Assembly: GCA_937625935.1 (NCBI GenBank)
Contig: OW569394.1
Location: forward strand, 248,001 to 312,000
Origin: Tetramitus jugosus
Lineage: Eukaryota; Protista; Heterolobosea
DNA: 64,000 nt
Direction of reading: 5' to 3'
Position 1 is the stretch's first letter; the number at the start of each line of letters is the position of its first letter. The notes beneath the pieces were generated by a model. It saw only the letters and a list, made by a program, of their open reading frames with translations. It had not been told where the DNA came from and did no database searches. Below are positions 57,533 to 64,000 of the stretch, piece by piece. A program made the position numbers and the translations under genes.

Positions 57533-57695
57533 CAGAACAGAGGAACACTACAAGTTTCTGGAGCAGAGTGGTAACTGCGACATGTTGCATCTTTTCAACG
57601 GACTGTTGTCACAAACCAATCTGAAACAGAAATTTACGCGCCAAATTTCGATTGTCACATTACATACACACAAAAAGAGAAAGAACCACCTTGAT

Positions 57696-58588
57696 ATGTA
57701 CAAATGCAAAGCAATCAATAAGAACAACAAACGTTGTCGCAAGAATGCCAAGGACGGAAGTAGTTACTGTGGTCTAGCAGCTCACCAAAAGCAAGCCGAC
57801 AATCCTATTACGGTGCATCAGACAGTGATGATGATGAACCAGCAGCTAAGAGAGTCAGACAAGATATGACGCTAAACTTCATTAGCTCAGGTAAAGAGAG
57901 TTCATCCAATTTATTCAGAAAAGAAGCTACAGATGGGATAAGCAACGTGTTGTCCTTCCTTAACTCAAAGGAAGTGTTCCCATTAAGATTGTCACATCCA
58001 TAATGGACTGTTGTGATTGATCAGAATGAAGCATTGTGGAGAAAGTTGTATACTCTAGAGTATGGATCTGCACAACCATTGCATTTCTGTAATTATCAAG
58101 GAAAGTTGGATGAACTTGTCCCATCATTCTGTGATTCAATGAGAAGAGTATTTCTGAAGAGGAGCTATGCTAATTTTGTTGAAGAGGTGAATCTTCTGCA
58201 AGTGACCAAACAAAGAAACTGTACTTCTCATTTCCACTTTAGCGAGGATCAAGCCAAGCAAATCCTGTATGAGAATGTGGATGATTTGGAAGAGGGATGG
58301 ACATCTGTTCACCAAATGGTTAGAAGCATGTTCATTGATGATCAAACAATCTACAAGTACAATGTATTGAACAAATGGACAGGTGATACTTTCCAGATCT
58401 ATACATGTTCCATGGGTGATGGTAACTGGGCTGGAAAAGTACATTTGAATGAACAACTCAAGGTGTATGCATATATCAATGATGGAAGTTACGATCCAAA
58501 GAATATGGAGGACACTCATGATGAACCGGATAGTGAGATACTTAGTGTGTTAGCAGAGGTCCAAAGAGATCATTACAATTCTAATTGA
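57696..58588 (+). pseudogene. Zinc-finger plus F-box protein, disrupted
   Basis: N-terminal 'CKAINKNNKRC...YCGLAAH' finger; frameshift at ~57810; F-box 'DGISNVLSFLNSKEVFPLRLSHP*WTVVIDQNEALWRKLY' carries an in-frame TAA at 58001-58003. Confidence 0.7.
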
Positions 58589-58770
58589 ATTACACTAATT
58601 TATCATTCCTTTTATTTCTTCAAAAGTTGGCCTCTTATAGGCCTTCGTATCCCAGCATCTCCTTGTTGGTTGAGTACTGTGAGCCAGTTCAATAATTCTT
58701 CTTGGAATGCCATTATTCAGGTTTTGGTGCCGAGTAGTAAATGGTAAGGACGGAAGAGACGTCAGGTTCA

Positions 58771-60156
58771 TTATAGTGCATCATGGGGATCAATATTATG
58801 ATTATGTTTGAAGAAGTTTGTTGGATCGTACTTTCTTTTCAGTTGGACTAACCTTTCGTAATTTGCACCATAAGCCTGTCTGATTCTTTTGTTAGAATCA
58901 GAAAGAGTTGAACTATCCATAGTATTGACATATCCAGCATGATTGCAGCAATATTGATTCATCGTATCATAGTAAAGGCGTGCCCATTGTGAGTACTTGT
59001 CAATCGGCTCACTACCCGACCACACACTCATACAATGGATCTCATAGAAGGCATCTCTTTGGAAGAAAGCAGTTCTACTACTATCTTTTCTGCTGATTGC
59101 ACCACCCAGATGCATAATCTCAACAGATGATCTATCTGGTGACTCTTTCACTAAATCAATTAATTTTGCAATTGCAGACTGATCTAGTGGTCTATCGAAG
59201 AATAGAGACTTCCAGTAATAGTTCTTCCCTGCTATATTACCTTCATCAAATTTGCTTTGAAGCTCCGGATATGCACTATCATTGAATGATGAATAATCAG
59301 GATTCAAATTAAGCAGTAATTGGAGAACTTGATTGTACTGTTTATATAATGATTCAACATTACTCAAAGCTGTCACAGATCCTTCATGATACAAAGTGAT
59401 AATAATTATGTTACAATTAGACAGAAATAGATAGATAGTAATATTATCTGGAAGCGCTTCTTTCGCATCTGGTCTCGTAATTTCAAAGTACTTTTCGAGA
59501 ACATGCTGTGCTTGTTCAATAGCATACACAAATATTGCAGTTTCTAACTTTGATATAGTATGTAGCTGGAAAGTGAACGAAGACCCAATTCCAAAATTTC
59601 CACCTCCACCACATAATGCCCACAATAAATCATCATGACAATTTTCTGATACTTCAACAATGGATGCATCTGCAGTAACAACAGTTGCAGAAATCAAATT
59701 ATCACAAGTGAGCCCATACGCACGTGACAACCAGCCTATACCACCTGCCAGTGTCAATCCTCCTACTCCAGTATGAGACACCATACCACCTGGAACAGCC
59801 TTGTGACATTTCCATGTCAATTGATCGACATGAGACCACAATGCACCTCCCTGTACAGTCACACTATTTTCATTGATTGTCACTTGATTCATCTCTTGTA
59901 AATCAATGACAATTCCGTTGTCACAAACAGAGAATCCACAAATGCTGTGTCCTCCTCCACGAACACTCACTTGTAACTCATGTTCCTTTGCGAATTGAAT
60001 GGCTTGTTGGATATCTTGTGTGGACGTGCATCGAATAATAGAAAGAGGATGTTTGTCAATCAGTCCGTTCCAGACCTTGCGTGCTTGTTCATATTCAGCA
60101 TCACCTCTGTCAATCTTTTTCGCGCACATTTCCATTTCGTTTTTTTCACTTTTCAT
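58771..60156 (-). CDS. FAD-linked oxidase, berberine-bridge-enzyme / 6-hydroxy-D-nicotine-oxidase-like
   Basis: 'ARKVWNG.ID.HP', covalent-FAD His motif 'VRGGGHS', 'GVGGLTLAGGIG', 'GGGGNFG', BBE tail 'YGANYERL..LKRKYDP.NFF'. Confidence 0.92.
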   Translation of the reverse strand: MKSEKNEMEMCAKKIDRGDAEYEQARKVWNGLIDKHPLSIIRCTSTQDIQQAIQFAKEHELQVSVRGGGHSICGFSVCDNGIVIDLQEMNQVTINENSVTVQGGALWSHVDQLTWKCHKAVPGGMVSHTGVGGLTLAGGIGWLSRAYGLTCDNLISATVVTADASIVEVSENCHDDLLWALCGGGGNFGIGSSFTFQLHTISKLETAIFVYAIEQAQHVLEKYFEITRPDAKEALPDNITIYLFLSNCNIIIITLYHEGSVTALSNVESLYKQYNQVLQLLLNLNPDYSSFNDSAYPELQSKFDEGNIAGKNYYWKSLFFDRPLDQSAIAKLIDLVKESPDRSSVEIMHLGGAISRKDSSRTAFFQRDAFYEIHCMSVWSGSEPIDKYSQWARLYYDTMNQYCCNHAGYVNTMDSSTLSDSNKRIRQAYGANYERLVQLKRKYDPTNFFKHNHNIDPHDAL

Positions 60157-60519
60157 TTCGAACAATCCAACACAAATTTGTTGTCGGGGAAAGGTGCTTG
60201 AGGAACAAAAAACCACAAAGGAGTCCCTTGGTCCCGATATGCAGACTTGGTTCGTACATCACAAAAGTTGGCCGCACTCAGCAAACGTATTGCTCACCAG
60301 TCAGAACAAATTCATGCCCTTGAATGCAACAAGAGACAACCAATGTCGTTGGGCGACATGAGAAAGGAATACGACGCTGATCGAAAAGAATATGAAAGGC
60401 TTGCCAATCAACAGCACGAAATGATCAAGTTACTCTCTTTTCCATTTGTGAAAAACGAAGGATGGGAATAGTAACTTTATCTGAAAAATAGATTAAATTA
60501 TACAAAATTGTGTTATGCG

Positions 60520-62919
60520 TTATGCTAGACCAATCTTCCACCAGACATGAACACAAATCAAGTAAATGTTTGCAATTGAGATTGTAACTAACAATGTAGG
60601 CATACCTGCCTTCAAAAATTGGAAGAAAGAAATGGGGGTATGTTCCTGTTCTGCAATACCGGCAGCAATCAAGTTGGCACTGGCACCAATTAAAGTACCG
60701 TTTCCACCGAGTGTAACACCAAGAGCAACTGACCAAACGAGAGGTGCGATAGGCATGTTGGCTCCATCAGCAAGTTGCAAAACAACAGGAATAAATGCAC
60801 TGACACATGCAACATTATCAATCAATGCAGAAACGAATGCGCTAGCCCACATGATGATAGTGATAGCAACAGCCAATCGATATCTTTCGTTAATTTGCAA
60901 AATGATGTTACTTGTGCTACTGCCAACAAAGTCAATGAGACCAAGCTCTTCAACACCGCTCATCAACATGAACAAACTACCAAAGAACAATAGTGTAACC
61001 CATTCAACCTTTTCCACAATTTCTGCAAACTGACTTCCATTCAAGTTTGCCAACAAAAGCATGCTTGTTGCACCAATGACTGCAATCCAAGGCAAACTCA
61101 AATCGAGGAAAGATCTAAAGAATGGTGCGCAAAAGAACATGAGAACAACCAGAACAAGCACCGCACTGCAAATGAAGAATAATCGCTTGTCATGAATAGG
61201 ATATTGCTTTTCCAAGTCATCAATATCTACAGTGTGAACAAAGGTTTCGTCTCGTTTCTTGATCATTTCCAATTCACTGTTCAATTCATCGACATGCTTC
61301 ATCAACATTTGTCTCACTTGTTTCTCCTCTACTGTACAATCACCAATCTGTCTTAAGCTGTTCATCCAAATTTCAATTTCTTTCTCTTTGGCTAACAATT
61401 CATCATTCAAGATAGGTTTTTGTGTAAAGATATTCCTAAAAAGTACAAATCGAATGAGTAACATGGTGGCAATAATATTCATAATGGTAGAGGGAATGAT
61501 ATAAAGTGATAACTTGAAGAATGTGATTCCACGTTGACGAATATCTGGATTATTGACGATCAATACCAAGTCGCCAACAGCAGTACATCCACCTCCAATG
61601 TTACTCATCATAACAATTGAAATCATGAGAGGAATTGGAGAAATATTAATCAATTTGCACAAACGAATCGAAATTGGTATCAAAAGCAATATAGTGGTGA
61701 CATTATCGAGCACAGCACTCACAATAGCCGTAAATATACAAAGAATAAGTGTCAATAACCAAATTTTGCCTCGAGATATCTTATACGCCTTAATGGCCAT
61801 AAATTCAAAGAAACCAGTTTTGCTGTAAACGCCAACCATGATCATCATACCAAACAACAGCCCAACAGTTTCAAATTTGATCCAATGTGCCACTTCTTCG
61901 AAACTTGGTCTTCGTTTCAGTATGGTCAATGTCGAAAGAGCAACCATGGCTCCCAACATGGCTGCAATAGTACGATGAACTAAATCAAAAATGATCAGGA
62001 TGTAGACAGACACTAGAATCAGTGCAGCAAACAATACTTGATAATCAACGAGCTTGGAACTACGGAAAATGTCCATGGAAAATGGAACGGGAAACAATGA
62101 ATCAGTTTCGATTGCAATTCTCAATGGAACTTGACTCAATGGCCTCTTTTGCATTTTTGTCGTATCTCCCTCCACAGTTTGCCAATAATATTGACCTACG
62201 GTACGGAATTCGAACCATTTTGCACCATTACCTTCCTTGTAATCCTCTGGACGAGTCAATGGAGGTGTCTCTTTGGTGATATCTGGCAATGCAAATTTAA
62301 AAGTTTGATTTTCAACTGGAAGCCATCTATTTTCGACATTGTACTCAAATTTGAAATGGATACTATGATTTCTATGTGGAATTGGTTTTGACACAATGGT
62401 ATCAATCATCATGAGATCATCATTACTAGTCATAAATACATGATCATCATCGTTCATTGTTTTCATGCTATTATTACTGTAATAGAGATAATAGGATGGA
62501 GAAAGAGCAAACCATGTACGAATCACATCTTTCGATTCGCTACCGCGATTCAAATCGATGAACAAAGGTCTTCTTGAAACAATGGCATAACTCTCAACAT
62601 ACTTATCCTCCTGTTCCTTATGTACCACGAACAAAATGACAAAAACAATATAGACACTAGTCAATAAAATAGTTGACAAATGTTTCGATAGCCATTTGAG
62701 AGTTTTGCTCAAGAATTGAAGACGAGAGATCATCTTGCTTTTTTTTCTTGGATGATGATCATCATCAGAAGGATATTGTTCATTCAGACCAGCATCATCA
62801 TCATCGACCCTTTGATTATTGACATCGTGGCGAGAATAGTCAATAAGGGGAGATGAAAGAAGTTGAAAGGATTCTTCTTCTTCATGATGAGAGCTCGGTG
62901 GTGGCTTTTCAATGTTCAT
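60520..62919 (-). CDS. P-protein/OCA2-like anion transporter (ArsB/NhaD superfamily)
   Basis: 'VHRTIAAMLG', 'LLFGMMIMV...SKTGFFE', 'SAVLDNVTT', 'EWVTLLFF', 'SALIDNV', 'LGGNGTLIGASAN'; N-terminal acidic dileucine 'EESFQLL'. Confidence 0.9.
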   Translation of the reverse strand: MNIEKPPPSSHHEEEESFQLLSSPLIDYSRHDVNNQRVDDDDAGLNEQYPSDDDHHPRKKSKMISRLQFLSKTLKWLSKHLSTILLTSVYIVFVILFVVHKEQEDKYVESYAIVSRRPLFIDLNRGSESKDVIRTWFALSPSYYLYYSNNSMKTMNDDDHVFMTSNDDLMMIDTIVSKPIPHRNHSIHFKFEYNVENRWLPVENQTFKFALPDITKETPPLTRPEDYKEGNGAKWFEFRTVGQYYWQTVEGDTTKMQKRPLSQVPLRIAIETDSLFPVPFSMDIFRSSKLVDYQVLFAALILVSVYILIIFDLVHRTIAAMLGAMVALSTLTILKRRPSFEEVAHWIKFETVGLLFGMMIMVGVYSKTGFFEFMAIKAYKISRGKIWLLTLILCIFTAIVSAVLDNVTTILLLIPISIRLCKLINISPIPLMISIVMMSNIGGGCTAVGDLVLIVNNPDIRQRGITFFKLSLYIIPSTIMNIIATMLLIRFVLFRNIFTQKPILNDELLAKEKEIEIWMNSLRQIGDCTVEEKQVRQMLMKHVDELNSELEMIKKRDETFVHTVDIDDLEKQYPIHDKRLFFICSAVLVLVVLMFFCAPFFRSFLDLSLPWIAVIGATSMLLLANLNGSQFAEIVEKVEWVTLLFFGSLFMLMSGVEELGLIDFVGSSTSNIILQINERYRLAVAITIIMWASAFVSALIDNVACVSAFIPVVLQLADGANMPIAPLVWSVALGVTLGGNGTLIGASANLIAAGIAEQEHTPISFFQFLKAGMPTLLVTISIANIYLICVHVWWKIGLA

Positions 62920-63158
62920 GGCTGTGCTGATTCTTGTGCGCTTGTTTCGGTGGAAGCAGGAAAAAATAGAGCATTACACGTGTTTTTGGGTCGGAATCTC
63001 ATCCGAAATGCCTGGCCGATGACCCATCCGACTTATCCGAATAGTTGCGAAAAACCCAAAGGTTTGACTAAGAATAACACAAGGTGTTATTACCTTGCAC
63101 CCATTCGTTTAATTCAGGTCACACATTATTCAAAAACAATATCGGAACACACAAGAAA

Positions 63159-64000
63159 ATGACTAACACAAGCAATGGTAGTAATACTAGTAATACGGAA
63201 TTGATTGAAATGGGTGCTACTCCTGTATTGACAGTACGCGCTCATCCACCAAATCAAATTGTAGATAGGGTTGACAGTTTTGAACTGTCAATGAATCAGA
63301 AAGAAGAGGTAGATGGAAATGATGAACAAGAACAAGTATCAGAGGTTGAAAATGAAGAAGAAAATGGTGACGATGACCAAGAAATCAAATGGCACTTTCT
63401 CAACTATGACAAAGTCATGAAAAAGTTGGAATTGACTGAACAAGTGCCATCAGAATATCTCAAGACGGGACTCTCAAATGAGGAAGCTGAAAAGAGATTA
63501 CAAAAGTATGGACCAAATGTATTGGCATCTGGTGGTAGTAGAATTCCACTATGGATTCGGTTGCTGTTCAGACACTCGGTAACACTAATGAATCTTGTTT
63601 TGGTGACTGCTGCTATTCTGTGTGGCGTTGTCAAAGATTGGGTTGATCTGGGCGTGATTCTCTTTGTTGTCGCCGCCAACATTGCCATTGGATTCTTTCA
63701 AGAGTATCGAAGCGAGAATACGATGGCCAAATTGAAAAACTTAACAGCTCCACAGTGCAAAGTGTTACGTGAAGGTCAAGTACAACTAATTTTGTCCAGT
63801 AATGTAGTACCGGGTGATATTGTTGTATTGAAGGAGGGTGATTCTGTGCCTGCTGACTTACGGATTACTGAGTCAATCAACTTGGCGTGTAATGAAGCTC
63901 TATTAACAGGTGAAAGTGTACCTGTATCAAAAGTGAGTGATACACTGTCTCGTGGTGATACCAATGAGAATGGAGGTACTGAGATGAGAGCAGCTTCATT
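63159..64000 (+). CDS. P-type ATPase type II (ENA/Na+-type or Ca2+-type), 3'-partial
   Basis: Missing from the ORF track because it runs off the window. Translation gives 'GLSNEEAEKRLQKYGPNVL', 'IGFFQEYRSENTMAKLKNLTAP', 'VVPGDIVVLKEGDSVPADLR', 'EALLTGES'. Confidence 0.9.
   Translation, partial: MTNTSNGSNTSNTELIEMGATPVLTVRAHPPNQIVDRVDSFELSMNQKEEVDGNDEQEQVSEVENEEENGDDDQEIKWHFLNYDKVMKKLELTEQVPSEYLKTGLSNEEAEKRLQKYGPNVLASGGSRIPLWIRLLFRHSVTLMNLVLVTAAILCGVVKDWVDLGVILFVVAANIAIGFFQEYRSENTMAKLKNLTAPQCKVLREGQVQLILSSNVVPGDIVVLKEGDSVPADLRITESINLACNEALLTGESVPVSKVSDTLSRGDTNENGGTEMRAAS

Noticed and set aside
60247-60471. 74-aa coiled-coil-like ORF between the FAD oxidase and the OCA2-like gene
   Set aside because: Starts at TTG with an upstream in-frame stop and no early ATG; no family recognised. 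At most a relic.
2436-63964. The many short alternative-frame and antisense ORFs in the track
   Set aside because: They are shadows of long genuine CDSs and show no independent motifs.

Overview
Gene-dense eukaryotic DNA in the standard genetic code, with short GT-AG introns (several with CTAAC-like branch sites) and very short intergenic gaps. The gene content (RCC1/EGF/REJ/GPS giant receptors, 7TM-RGS, ENA-type ATPase) suggests a free-living protist, probably a Naegleria-like heterolobosean; this is inference. The window holds about 25 protein genes, three probable pseudogenes, one dispersed 5S rRNA gene and one tRNA-Leu(CAA). Main observations: (1) a 337-bp poly(A)-tailed insert with a perfect 12-bp target-site duplication 27-38 bp upstream of the 5S gene, resembling a 5'-truncated Pol III-gene-targeting non-LTR retrotransposon; (2) two paralogous secreted multi-core precursors carrying seven CX3C-X6/7-CX3C (alpha-hairpinin-like) modules with a conserved (L/F)SD linker, clustered with a Cys-rich cathepsin B, a DUF676-like hydrolase and an NADPH oxidase; (3) that NADPH oxidase has a complete SH3 domain inserted in its NADPH-binding domain; (4) three REJ-GAIN stalk receptors with different heads: six RCC1 propellers on a ~4,760-aa polycystin-1-like protein split by one frameshift, an animal-type fibrinogen C-terminal domain, or a bacterial-style beta-propeller. 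Several small indels break otherwise intact genes, so assembly error must be excluded. All calls were made by eye from motifs; no database searches were run.
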